Part shown: piece after piece, positions 51,650 through 63,738 of the stretch
Numbering within the stretch: position 1 is the stretch's first letter
Layout: each line of letters opens with the position of its first letter
Assembly: GCF_016433145.1 (NCBI RefSeq)
Contig: NC_058131.1
Coordinates: 478,079,242 to 478,143,241 of the forward strand
Direction: 5' to 3'
Length of the DNA: 64,000 nt
DNA from: Gracilinanus agilis
Lineage: Eukaryota
Translations under genes and position numbers: made by a program
The notes under the pieces: model-generated
What the model saw: the letters and a program-made list of their open reading frames with translations, nothing else
The model's database searches: none
Told to the model about the DNA's origin: nothing

Positions 51650-52430
51650 AAGTGAAAAGAGTGATGGCTCTGGATTTGAACACTCTTAATGAGGAGTTTG
51701 TCATAGCAGTTCTCTAGAGAAGTTGACTTTTTAAGAGCTACTAGCAAGCATGACAAAAATGAAAATCACACTTCTAGCAAGCTTAAAGTGGGCCATATTT
51801 TGCAGAGATCCACAAAAAGTGTGTTATGTTGGTATTTCTGCCATGACCAAAGGACAATTATGTATACTCGCTATGCCTCTTATGTGAGGTCAGCCTCTTA
51901 TATGAGAGGGCCCTGAAGAGCCTCTCCATTCTCTGGGTTATCAAATAGCAGGACATCTTCCTTTAAAAGTTGGAAAGACTTCAATGTACAAACAAGAAAA
52001 AAAATCTAGAGAAGCACAACCAACAGATGGAAAATATGATACAGAGGAAAAAGTGAGAAAATGTCAATGACCACTCAAAACTAAATAACATATAAAAGGC
52101 TCTTCCTATAATGGAGGGAGCTGTACTCTTTAAGAAGGAAACGCTAAGGAATGAAGATGTATCTACAAAAGGAAACAGATGAGAGGTCATCCTATAAGGG
52201 TCCGAGGAAAAAGAAATTAGAAATGATGATCATTGACTCCCTGTTGAAAGGTTATACATTGACCAGATATTAACAGAAGGGAGGGATGCTTGCACATGTA
52301 TGCAGAATATGACAGAGGACTTCCTAAGACTTGTCAAACCTCATGACTACTGTCTACATCTAGAACATCACATGAGCATGAATGATACTTCCAGAGGAAA
52401 TATAGAACTTTGCTTAAGGTCTTGGGATCT
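51650..52430 (+). mobile_element. L3/CR1 ORF1 (SGNH esterase) relic
   Basis: KKKLEMMIIDSLLKG and MQNMTEDFLRLVKPHDYCLHLEHHMSMNDTSRGN resemble CR1 ORF1 VVIGDSLLRG and IQDVTERLPRLIKPSDYYP..HVGTNDTAR. Confidence 0.7.
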
Positions 52431-53149
52431 TGGGGATAAACTGAATATCATAGAGTCCCAAGTAATGGAGCTAGGTGGTACAATGGATAGAGTACTGGAC
52501 TTAGAGTCAGAAAGACTCCAGTCCAAATTTCTCCCCATCTAGTTACAAGCTCTGTGTCCCCTGGGCAAATCACTTAACCTCTCTCAACTTCACTTTCCTC
52601 ACCTGTAAAACAGGGAAAGTAATAGCACTTACCTGCCAAGGTTGTTATAAGGAACAAAAGATATAATATTTGTTCAAACTTTGCAAAATTTAAAGCACTA
52701 TATAAATGCTATTTATAATTTTCAACACTAGTGCCAACCACAATTGAGGGCTTCAGAAGAGAAAGGCATGCTTGAGGAGTGCACAACTATTTAAGAAGAT
52801 GTCTAGGAACAGATTTTGGATTTATGGCTTAAAATATGGCAATCTGAATATAAAGGATGTTATTGTTCAGTTGTTTTCAGTCGTGTCCAACTCTCTGTGA
52901 TCCCATTTGGACTTTTCTTGGCAAAGATACTTGACAAAGATTCACCATTTCCTTCTCCAGATCATTTTAAAGATGAGGAAACTGAGGCAAACAGGGTTAA
53001 GTGATTTGCCCAGGGTCACACAGCACATGTCTGAAGTCAGATTTGAATTCTGACTCCAGGACCAGCATTCTTTCCACTGTGACACCTAGCCAATAAAAAA
53101 AAATGTAGTCTTATAATTGAATTCTAAAATATCAGCTTCACAGTTACAA

Positions 53150-53600
53150 TATGGTAAATCTAAATATATAGTTAGCAGTTTTCCTGTGGATGGTGGAGAA
53201 AGATCTGTGGATTTTAATTGGTTATCAGCTCAATATTAGTCAACATTGCGATGTTGTTGGCAGGAAAACTGATATGATGTAGTATCACTCTGCTCTAGAT
53301 AAGAAGGTTTAATGAATAAGTGATAGCTGTCTTCAAGTACTTGCAAGACAATCATGTGAAAGAGGTCCCAGACTTGTTCTATGTAGCCCAGAGGATAAAA
53401 TCTCTTCTGCTTCTCAATCTAGAAGATTTAGTCTTTGTATGAGGGAAAATATTCCGACATTTAGAGCTAACCCAAAGTAGAATGGGTTGTCTCAAAAGGT
53501 CCCAAGTTCTCCTTCATATGAAATCTTCAAGAAAAAACTGGATTGTCAGTGTGTTGTCAAAGGGATTTTTCATCAGGTGTTGGTTACTTTTTAAGGCCTC
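53150..53600 (+). mobile_element. L3/CR1 3' fragment
   Basis: ctcaatattagtcaacattgcgatgtt..., atagctgtcttcaagtacttg..., typical of the L3 terminal ORF2/3'UTR. Confidence 0.65.
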
Positions 53601-54339
53601 TGAGTTCTCTTCCAACTATGGTAACCCTACATTCTAAAATGAGGCTACTCCATTGGAAATTTAGCAATCTACCAATATTTCTACCAATAAACATTCACTA
53701 ATGTTACTCTTCAGAGGACACTTTAAAAAATAAGTGTATATTTAAATAGTTACTTAGAATGATTACGAGCACAGCTTGCTGTGTTTCTGAGGGCCTTTCT
53801 ACCTACAGTAAATATTTCTAACTTCCATGAGAGAAGTTCAAGTAAAAAGAAAGGACAAAGTAAATAAGGAGAATGAAATCAGTCATTTGGAAGAGGTGAG
53901 AGGTTGAATTTGGGAAAGAGAAATTGGGGGAAATTTAAAGATCAATCTCCAAGGCCAGACAGTGGTCCAGGATCTTTGAAGGGTTTGAATGAGCAACAGG
54001 AAAGAGGACAACTAAAGAAAGTATAAAAATATTAAGGAGGATCAAGTTAGGGATTAAGGAAAAGAATCTGAAAAAGGAAACTTCAAGAAGGAAAAATAGA
54101 AGATAGCTAGTAAGTCAAGGCAAAAGTTAGGAAAGGCAAGTGGAACAATGAAAAAGTAAAAGAAATTGATAAAGTAGTTGTTGAATTATGCAAACTGGTG
54201 AAACACATACAAGGTTGATGTGAGGTGTAAAGAAAGATGATGTTCTGGTTCAGGTTTAACTCAGGCCACAAGTGATTTAACTTGAAATTGAAAAGCAATG
54301 AAATGCTGGTGAATCTTAAAATACAATTTTAAAATGACT

Positions 54340-55350
54340 TTTACTTACAAAGATAGGGATTACCCTTGTGATTTCACTGGTTTATTCACTCTCAAAAACC
54401 CATAATATCCATTTTCACAATATATTCATCTTGATTAGCTACCACAACTATGACCCAAACAAGGAAATTTTTGCCCGTCTCCACTGGCAATGGTCTTCCC
54501 TCAATGGTCTTCCGCTATACAATTCCTAATGAAAATTGGGGTGTCCCTAAAGATTCATCAAGGATTGGCATAAATGTATCAGCAATTCCTTATATATTTC
54601 GTCCCTTCTCTTTCCAATATACTATGACCTGAACATATGGTCTCCAGACCCCTCAAGTTCTACCATTAAATAGGATGGGTCTCAGAGGAACTTTGAACCT
54701 TCTCCACTGAGTATTCATCCCAAGGGTACCTCAAGTCTGAAGAAAAATACTTAAATGGCTTGAATATCCAAATGGAGTCAAAATTTTCAGGGATGTCCTA
54801 TGTTTTGACAGAGCAGAAAGACTCCTAATGCCCCATTCCGATGGCATAAATCTATTTCTCCAAAACCATCTCTTTTTTAGGAACCGTGTAGTCCTTACTA
54901 TGAAACCAGCTACAGAGGGAATTCTTTTTCATGGGGTCAGACATACAGGACTTCTCATCTTAGTCTCTTAAAAAAGTACAAAGAATAGTCTCATCTGGGG
55001 CCCTTTAAAGATTTAACTGGCTTTGCAAAAGTAAATCATCTGTAAGATCCCAAGTTTATGGAATTCTGTGGCTGAAAGCAGTTCTTTATTTCCTGCATTA
55101 GACAGGAACTCACTTAACATTGTTCTAAAGATTCATTAGGCTGCTGTTTAAGCTTCTGCATCCTTCCAAGTTCCATAAGGATGAAAATTGACCCTTCTGT
55201 GTAGGAAATCATGGTAGAGCAAGAGGATGGGAGGAGGAATGGCAAGTCATATTAATAAAGGCAAATCTGAGGCTCTCTTATCACCAATAATGGTTCCCAA
55301 TTCTCATCCTCACTCCCACTTCCATTCCTTCCCTGGTAGTGCTAATCTTA
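54340..55350 (-). mobile_element. Degenerate class III (ERV-L/spuma-related) endogenous retrovirus gag-pro relic
   Basis: Minus-strand peptides: KLKQQPNESLEQ (55120-55155, MHR-like); EFLSNAGNKELLSATEFHKLGIL (55043-55111; compare ERV-L gag NGGRNIKLDQAEFIDMGPL); decayed knuckle FLLCQNIGHP*KF* (54778-54819); protease-like RPYVQVIVYWKEKGRNI*GIADT...VIVVVANQDEYIVKMDIMG (about 54400-54643). Confidence 0.75.
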
Positions 55351-56139
55351 GTAGGATTCATCACTTTCACCAGTAAAACTTCTGGATCTGAGGTTAGAGT
55401 TCCCACATGTAGCCTGTTACATCATTGCCCTTCCATCATTGTCCTTTTCTGCTGAGCAGTTCATTAATTGCCCCTCTGCCTTCAAGACACAGTCCTTAAA
55501 AAACAAAGACAGAACAGCACTGATGAGATAGGGAACTAGACAATTTCCCCACTTCCCACTAACTCTCAACCCCTATCCCCACCTCCCAAAAAGGAATTAC
55601 ATATCGGATATACAGAAATTACATCTGAATTCATAGGACCAAAAAAAAAAAAAGATTAAAAACCATAACATAAAATCCTTAAGGAACAGAGAACACATCT
55701 TTAAAGCATTCATTCAGTATCCCTCCTCAATCTGACCTTGTGGTTTATGTCTAAAGTGCATACCGGGATCTCCTCCTACTATAGAGATTTTGCTGACATA
55801 TATCATCCCATGCCCATTTCCCACCATAAACATGACAACAAGCAACCTACATCAATCTAGGGGTGATGGGAGTGCAGCCTTCTGCTTGAGGTGGCCCTAA
55901 ATTAAGAGATCCCTAGGCTGCAGAAATTCTGCCTGGAAACACTCTCCTCATCCTTTTCTGATGAAAAAAGTAGAAGTATTGATTAAGAAAAGAAAAGGAG
56001 AGAAAGAGCCAAAGGAAGAACTGAAGAAGTGGGCCAGTATAATTGTTTTTACCAGGCCTAAAGGAAAGGACACTGAAACCCAATTGAGGCCAATCCTTTT
56101 TACCCCTGGAGACCACTCAGCACCAAGACCTAGGATAAT

Positions 56140-56880
56140 GAAGCCTAAATCCTACAATATGGGCAAAGGCTTAGGTCACTTTATCATCCAGGTGCATGAG
56201 TGTATCCAGAAGCAAAGGGGGAAGGAGACAAAAAGTGATTGGCAAGGCAATATAAGGGTATTGGAGAAAGTTGAAACAACAAAGATTTCAAAATGAAGAA
56301 AAATCAATAAAAACCCAGGGCATGAGTGAAAAAATCAACAGAGAAGATACTAAAACTGAAAGAAAGAACAAATACTAAACACTCTAAGAGATTACAAAGC
56401 TCTATTAACAAATAAAGACAAAGTAAAGAGAACGACTACCTGACGAAACACAGAATCCTGTGGAATACCAAGAGAATATGGAACAAAAAAAATTTTTCAG
56501 AATGATTCAAAAGAGAAATAAAGTCCATAAGAAAACAAATTGTGAATGTATGTGACAGAAATTATAGTTCTCAATACAGAATTTTTCACAATACGGAATT
56601 ATTGGATTCGAAAAAATTGAGCCCATGCTAGAAAGTTTCTCCAAAGAATCAAAAGAAAAATGAACATATTTGGAAGACAAAAATATTTAAGTGGACAAAA
56701 AAATTGGCAGAAGAAAAGAAAAGAGAACAATGTTTTTTTTAAAAAACACCATAATCTCTATATAAACAAAATCTTTTGACCTTGAAGACAAAATGTACAG
56801 GGATAGTTTAAAGATCATAGGTCTCCCAGCAGAACATGACAAAGAAAAAAAAAGTGCAATCACATTTGTCTCCAATTGCT
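56140..56880 (+). mobile_element. L1/HAL1 ORF1 relic
   Basis: RDSLKIIGLPAEHDKEK (about 56797-56850) matches the L1 ORF1 RRM start; A-rich coiled-coil-like upstream sequence. Confidence 0.65.
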
Positions 56881-56917
56881 GGATGCACAAAACCAATTTA
56901 TTTTTATTTTCTTCATA

Positions 56918-57305
56918 CTAGTCATCTAGCTTTTCTAAAACCATTAGTAAAAAATCAAGGAATCCCGATTTATGAACCATTATTATTCTCCCTTTCAATT
57001 TCCTGAAGCATCCATCTTGCTAATCCTATGTCATTACTGGGACTCCCTCCTTATCCCTTTGAAAAGGTTCCACATATATGACTATAGCCCTACATACTTC
57101 TTTTATCCAATAGTTCCAACTACTATTCCCTTAATTAAACTATAAAATTAAACACCAAATCATTGCAACCCAATCCTGGCAAATAATACCAAATATTCTG
57201 AGATAGACCTAACTCAAATCGGTCCAGTGATTCAAGCTTAGGATTAGAATGTGTTATAAAATACCCATAACATACGATAAGAGTAACTTTGCTTATAATA
57301 AAGGA
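56918..57305 (-). mobile_element. Helitron-like non-autonomous element
   Basis: Minus strand begins A|TCCTTTATTATAAGCAAAGTTACTCTTATCGTATG...CTGGACCGATTT...ATTTGGT and has a CTAG|T about 390 bp downstream; no clear subterminal hairpin. Confidence 0.5.
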
Positions 57306-59659
57306 TGCCAAAGATGTGATTACTAAAAAACAAATAATATTCCCCTTTGCCTCCATATTCACCAGGGCAGCAACACTGGGTCAGAAAGACATCCCAAAAG
57401 GGCAGTGGGAACTCTGCCAAACTTCAGGAACAACAGCTCCCTATAGGCTAGGCATTTTACATTGATAGTTCTAAAGACCATTCAAATCCCCAGGGTAGCC
57501 TTTTGCCTACTTAAAGGAAACCCATCTCAGCCTACAAAAAATAAATATTGCTTCTTCCTCAAGAGGAATGTAGTTGTGGTATTATTGTTGAGATTTTAAA
57601 AGGAATGGAGCAAGGTTGTCAGACTATTAAGAGACAATATACATTGATCTTAAAAGCTTTAATTAGGTACTTCAATTTGAAGCATAAACACCCACAAGAA
57701 GTTTAAAAAAAAGTTGAAAATCTCAGTCAACAGGAAAAGTTATGCAATGACTTATATGCTGTGTATGTATTTCTGCCCTAAGTGAATGACTTACAGCTAT
57801 GTTCCAAGTGTAGGTCAACCTTCCTCCCCAAGGTTATTCAATGTGGGAGACATATCTCGACATTTCATTTTGTTAGGGACAATGTAAAGTTCCCAAACAA
57901 AATAAGTGGGCTTACTTGAAGGAGCATGGTGGACAGGAAATTGAGCCTTAACAGGATGTTGGAGAGTAGAAGAGTTATATAGAGAAGAAAGAGAAGTAAA
58001 AGGACAGCTGTAAAATTGCCTAAAAATAAGATTTGAGGCTTTTCCTGAGAGGAGGGTACTACATGCTCTAAGGGGAAAGAAGTTGCTTCACCTTCAAAGA
58101 ATGACACAGCAGTCATAAAGCCATCAAAAAGGAAATCAGTCAGTATAGATCAGAGAAAGAATGAAAGAATTGATGAGTAGTAGTGGCTGATGATTTCCTG
58201 CTCAGACGTACTGAGATAATTTTTTTAACCTAATAATAATAGAGGTCTGTCACCTTCCTAGGGCAAGTATCCAAGATAGAGACCCTCCCAAAACTTATGA
58301 AAAAGGATGACTACTCCTCACTTCTGATGCTCACTATGGTCAAAATTGATACTAATAGAAAGAAGTGATACCAATAATTATGAAGGCAGGCAAAAAAACT
58401 AAAGATCATAGGCATACACATTGGTTTTCCCTCACTCTTTTCCATTGAAGGCAATGAACAAAGAAGAGAAAAATGAATTTGATAAGCTGACTAAAAAGGT
58501 GTTGTCTGAGAATTGGATTTAGACTTTTGGACCACTAAGCTTAAAATGTAGGATTGACAGATTCCTGGCCAGAGATGGAGTATACTCAATGAAGACTGGT
58601 AAGAATGTATTTGTCAAGTGTCTGGAGAATCTAATCAAAAGAGCTTTAAACTAAAAAAGGGGAAAAAAGAATGGCAGAAGGAGAATGTCTATCCATCAAT
58701 CCAGATGCCATAGAGAATACAAATGAAGAAAAAAGACAGCAGTAGACACCCAGGAATTCATACATAGGAAAGAGTAGCAAAACACATGTTTTCAACATGC
58801 CAAAGTTTAGCAAAAGCAAAAGAACTACTAGTGGAAAATTTGAACTTGTAAGATTATCTTCATGGGATCAAACTCTGACTAGACTTTGGCTATGGATGAC
58901 TATATCTTATTTAAAAATCAGCAGATTAGGTTTTTAAAAAGCAATGGGGGGGGAGAGACTGCATATCAAAGTATACTAATGTGATGAAATCCAGCAACCA
59001 AAGTGGGAGAGCATGATGGAGAGTATGTGGGTCAAAGTCAGTGGAAGGATAAACAGAAGTGATTTTGTCACTGCGGTACACTACAGATGATCTGAGAAGA
59101 AAGTGTAAATAGATAAGGATGAGGGGAAATAGAACACAAATCTGGCATAGTAGCATGACATAGTAGTGGTGGGGGACTTCAATTATCCAGACATCTAATG
59201 GAGTTCTTGCCCAAAATATAGCAGCTTGTATATTTTTTACCTTTCTTAGAGATAATTCCATCATTCAAAAGGTGGTAGAAACAACAAGAAGAAATTCTAT
59301 TTTGGATCTAAGCGATACTAACAAAAAAGGAACTGGTACCTAGGGTGGAAATGATGGGTCCCTATTGGGGAGGAGGGAGTAACTACCTCCTCCCAGAATT
59401 TGTGAGAGAGAAAATGAGGAAATCTGAGAAAAGCATGACATGCAACCTAGATTTTTGGAAAGCAAATTTCAAAGGATTCAGAGCAAAGATAGGCAGGATG
59501 TCTTGCATTAAAATTTTATAAATTAAAATTCTCACCCTAAGAATGGGAAACTCAATTCCAAGGAGGAATCAAAAATGGAATTTGTATGTAGAGACTAATA
59601 TGAAAGAACAGGGTATTTACCAATCAACTTATATTTTAAAAAGAAATGTGCAGGTAGCT

Positions 59660-60590
59660 GTGGGATCTTCCATTCAACATTTACTAGACTTCACTCGCAC
59701 CTACTCCCAATCCTGGTGCTATACCATCACCTCTTTTCTTCCTTAAGAGTTTAAAATTGTCACTTCAAAGTTAACCATGGATGACACTAGTGCTTGCCTT
59801 TGTTGATGACAATGGCACTAGCAAAACTGACTTTTCAAGAAAAGATTGTCTTCAGGCTGTCTTCTCTGTTGTTAGATGCCGTAGACATCAAGAGATAGTA
59901 TAAGGCAAGAAAGACACTAATGTGGGAAATGAAATCCAGAGCAAGAAAGGTATTCTGGCCCTGAAATATGCCACTGAAGATAGTACTTTCACCACAAGGA
60001 TAACATGGAAAATAACTGGCATCATGATTTCTAGATGCTAGGTAATAGATATATAGAGCACTGGACGTGGAGTCAGGAAGATCTGAATTTGAATCATGCC
60101 TCAGACATTTACTTAGTTTGTGTTACTGAGTAAGTTACTTAACCTCTGTGTGCTTCAATTTCCTAATCTATAAAATGGGAGTAACAATAGCACCTGACTC
60201 ACTGGATCATTGTGAGGCTCAAGTTAATATATATAAACTGTTTTGCAAATTTTAAAGCATAATAAAAATGCTAGTTTTTGCTGTTCTTGTTGTTCAGCCC
60301 AGACAAGGTAAAGAGGGAGTGGCAATAATTACCTGTAAATTATGTAATCCTTCCAAAAATATTTTTGTACCTTCGCTTTATTGTTCTTTTTTTAATTGTC
60401 AGAGCCATAATGGCCCCCTTCCTTATACTCCAACATAATGTGAATGAAAGCTTTTTTACAGCCTTCCCAAGAGTTCAAAGAGACTGATTTCTGTATTTGG
60501 GAAAGGTGAGAATCTTTGCCTGTACACATTGACTTAAGATCAATTCAAACAAAAGTGTACATGCTAAAGGGAGAAAAAAGAATAAAACAA
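59660..60590 (+). pseudogene. ACTB: Beta-actin processed pseudogene with large internal deletion and a MIR at the junction
   Basis: aaccATGGATGAC at 59777, then VDDNGTSKTDFSRKDCLQAVFSVVRCRRHQEIV*GKKDTNVGNEIQSKKGILALKYATED..DNMENNWHHDF (actin codons about 1-90; frameshifts and a stop; no intron after RHQ). 60335-60566 resembles the distal ACTB 3'UTR (gtaaattatgtaat; cctgtacacattgacttaagatcaattcaaacaaaagtgtaca) and is followed by an A-rich tail. Confidence 0.9.
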
Positions 60591-61304
60591 GTAACAGAGA
60601 GAGGCAAAGCTGAGTAAGAGAGGATGAATGCTAAGATTGTGGCATTGTCCTGTAGAAATAGTGGGGAAGAGTAATAAAATTCACAATGAAATGCAGCTGG
60701 AATGGGAGGTCTAGGACAACAAAAAGGGTTTGTCTTTTAATTATTGGGAGAAAAAGGAAAATTAAACAAAGGATAGGAGCTTTGTTTGGAGTGGGTAGAA
60801 TAATGATAAATAACAAAAAAAAAAAAAACCAGAGATGCTCAAATCTTATTTTGCTTCTGCTTTCCCTCTCAAATATGATGACCTTCATACCGGAAATAGC
60901 AGAACAAAAATGACTCACAGGGAGTTGATAACAAAATAAGATCACAAAAGAATATGAAGCAGCCTATGGTGAATTCAAGTCATTTATCCTAGAAGAGCTA
61001 CATTCGCAAGTCACCAGCAAAAAAACTAGCAGATATGACTTACTAAGCCATGGTAAACAGAGAAGTTGCCACAAGATTGGAGAAGGGCAAATGTCCCAAT
61101 TTTTTCCAAAATGAGAAGGGAACAGGCTCAAACTATAAGCTTGAAAATCAGTGAGCTTGATTTCATTTCCTAAGAAAATTATAGAGTAGATCATTAAAGA
61201 GATGAACGGTGAATATCTAGAAAGGGAAGCAGTGATTACAAAGAAAGGACCTGGCTTCTTCAAGTACATGTCATGCCAGATTAACCTTATATCCTTTATT
61301 GGTG

Positions 61305-61775
61305 NNNNNNNNNNNNNNNNNNNNNNNNNNNNNNNNNNNNNNNNNNNNNNNNNNNNNNNNNNNNNNNNNNNNNNNNNNNNNNNNNNNNNNNNNNNNNNNN
61401 NNNNNNNNNNNNNNNNNNNNNNNNNNNNNNNNNNNNNNNNNNNNNNNNNNNNNNNNNNNNNNNNNNNNNNNNNNNNNNNNNNNNNNNNNNNNNNNNNNNN
61501 NNNNNNNNNNNNNNNNNNNNNNNNNNNNNNNNNNNNNNNNNNNNNNNNNNNNNNNNNNNNNNNNNNNNNNNNNNNNNNNNNNNNNNNNNNNNNNNNNNNN
61601 NNNNNNNNNNNNNNNNNNNNNNNNNNNNNNNNNNNNNNNNNNNNNNNNNNNNNNNNNNNNNNNNNNNNNNNNNNNNNNNNNNNNNNNNNNNNNNNNNNNN
61701 NNNNNNNNNNNNNNNNNNNNNNNNNNNNNNNNNNNNNNNNNNNNNNNNNNNNNNNNNNNNNNNNNNNNNNNNNNN
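61305..61775. other. Assembly gap (others at 2319-2466, 20141-20385, 32521-32710, 48685-48814)
   Basis: Runs of N. Confidence 1.
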
Positions 61776-61983
61776 ATCCCTAGATTTTAGCAAAGATTTT
61801 GATATCTCTTACCCTTCTTGTAGAAAAGAAGGAAAAATATAGATTAGAAAATAATTAAATTAAAATCAGAACTAGTTGGATGAAAAAATTCTACAGAAAA
61901 AAAGACTCAGTGTCAATTGGGCAGGGAGTCACCAGTGGAAAGTCCTAGGATCTGTGTTTGGCCCTGAGCTGTTTAACATTTTT

Positions 61984-62185
61984 TTTTAATTTTTTTTTTA
62001 ATTTTTTTTAACCCTTGTACTTCGGTGTATTGTCTCATAGGTGGAAGATTGGTAAGGGTGGGCAATGGGGGTCAAGTGACTTGCCCAGGGTCACACAGCT
62101 GGGAAGTGGCTGAGGTCGGGTTTGAACCTAGGACCTCCTGTCTCTAGGCCTGACTCTCACTCCACTGAGTTACCCAGCTGCCCCC
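61984..62185 (-). mobile_element. Young SINE1_Mdo-type SINE inserted in L3 RT
   Basis: 15-bp TSD ctgtttaacattttt (61969-61983 and 62186-62200); gggggcagctgggtaactcagtgg head; tail (aaaaaaaatt)n. Confidence 0.9.
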
Positions 62186-63610
62186 CTGTTTAACATTTTT
62201 ATCAATGACTTGGACACAAACAAAGATGGCATGCTTCTCAAATTTGTCAGTGATGCAAAGCAAGAAGGGAGAGTTAACACCATCAAGATCCAGTTCTCCA
62301 AAAATAAACTTAACAAACTAAATCATTGGGATAGTACTTGATATGGAATGTAATAGAAATAAATTTTAAGTCTTACAAGTGGGAATAAAAATCTGTTTCA
62401 CAAGTACAAGATGGGGGCAACATGGCTAGACAATTATTCTGAAAAAGATCTGGGTATTTTAGTGGACTGCAAGCTCCACAAATCAGCACTATGATATGAC
62501 AGCCAAGAAAGCCAAAGTGATCTTGGGCTGGATTAATTTGGGCACAATTTCTAAAAAGAAAGACCACTGTTCATTTGTAAAGTGTCATACAAATGTGAAC
62601 TTTTATTATCATAGTGGACTGTGTATATGTTTGTGGGAAATGATGCTTTCAATATTTAACAGTGTTAGTGTATTCAAAGCAGAACCAACACTAGTTTAAT
62701 GCTGGGGAAAGAAACATCTCATTTTTCACTTAAGCATCAAACTTGCTGGACAAAAGTTTTCATGAATGGGAGGCAGCCCAGCTCATCAGAGAAAAAACTA
62801 GATTTGGCATCAGCATCTCAATGTCTTCTAAACCTGATTGTGCTGCTTCCTATCTGTATGACCTTGAGCAAAAGTTATTTAACTTCTTTAGACCTCAGTT
62901 TGCTCATCTGTAAAATGAATGGGGTTGGACTAGTTGATCTCTAAGGAATCTTCCATCTTAATCAATCAATAAACAGTTTTTAACTATCTATTATATGCCA
63001 GGAACTATGTTCAGCACTGAGGATACCAAAAAAATGCAAAAGATAGTTCTTGCTCTCAAGAAGCTCATAATCTGGGGGGGGGGGGGGAGGGAGGGAGAAA
63101 AATCACCAATCAAAGATTAATTAAGTTGCTACCATATGCCATTTGCTAAGGGCAAAAAGAAGCTTACACTCTAAGAGAGGAGACAACAAACAAAAAATAA
63201 ATGAACAAGGTTTACATGTAATAAATAGGAAATTGTTAACAGAAGGAAGGCACTAGAATTAAGAGACATTGTGAAAGGTTTCCTGCAAAAAAAAATAGAA
63301 TTTTAGTTAGAATTTAAGGGAAGCCAGGGAGATCAGTAAAGGGAATGGCATTCCAGGTATGGGGGCTAGCCAAAGAGAGAAGGCCAGTATCCAGCCAAAG
63401 GATTAAAGTGTCTCCTTCATCTAAAAATCTATGATCCCTTTGAATTCCTTCTGCTGGAATATGGTGTTGAGCAGCAACCATAGGACTATTACCCTCTCAC
63501 TGATATTCAAATGCTCTTACCCCAGCACAGGTAGGAGAGAAATCAGGGGGAAGTAGAGACAAACTCCCTTTCCCTAATTCCTCCAATAATCATCTCCCAG
63601 AAGTCCATAC

Positions 63611-63738
63611 CTGTATTTCCTGGATGCTCTCTTCTTCTTTGGCATCCACTTTCTTCTCAATCCCTTCACCTCTTAACAAGGCTTCCAATGTGGTACTTTC
63701 TGATGTGAATCCATCCTTTTTCAGAGGCAGGTCCACTT
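63611..63738 (-). CDS. DPF3: DPF3 coding exon (about exon 4), 128 bp, phase 1 to 0
   Basis: ttttcttttcag|AAGTGGACCTG...GAAATACAG|gtatgg; encodes (E)VDLPLKKDGFTSESTTLEALLRGEGIEKKVDAKEEESIQEIQ. Confidence 0.96.

Larger units (their letters stand above)
57730..62540 (+). mobile_element. Near-full-length degenerate L3/CR1 LINE, interrupted by ACTB retrocopy, MIR, N gap and SINE
   Basis: In order: ORF1 zinc-finger relic CNDLYAVYVFLP*VNDLQLCSKCR (about 57743-57814), esterase EVCHLPRASIQD (about 58242-58277), endonuclease IVVVGDFNYPDI (about 59160-59195), RT SVSLISFPKKIIE (about 61150) and LFNIFINDLD..MLLKFVSDAK (about 62186-62260), then L3 3' region to about 62540. Confidence 0.85.
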
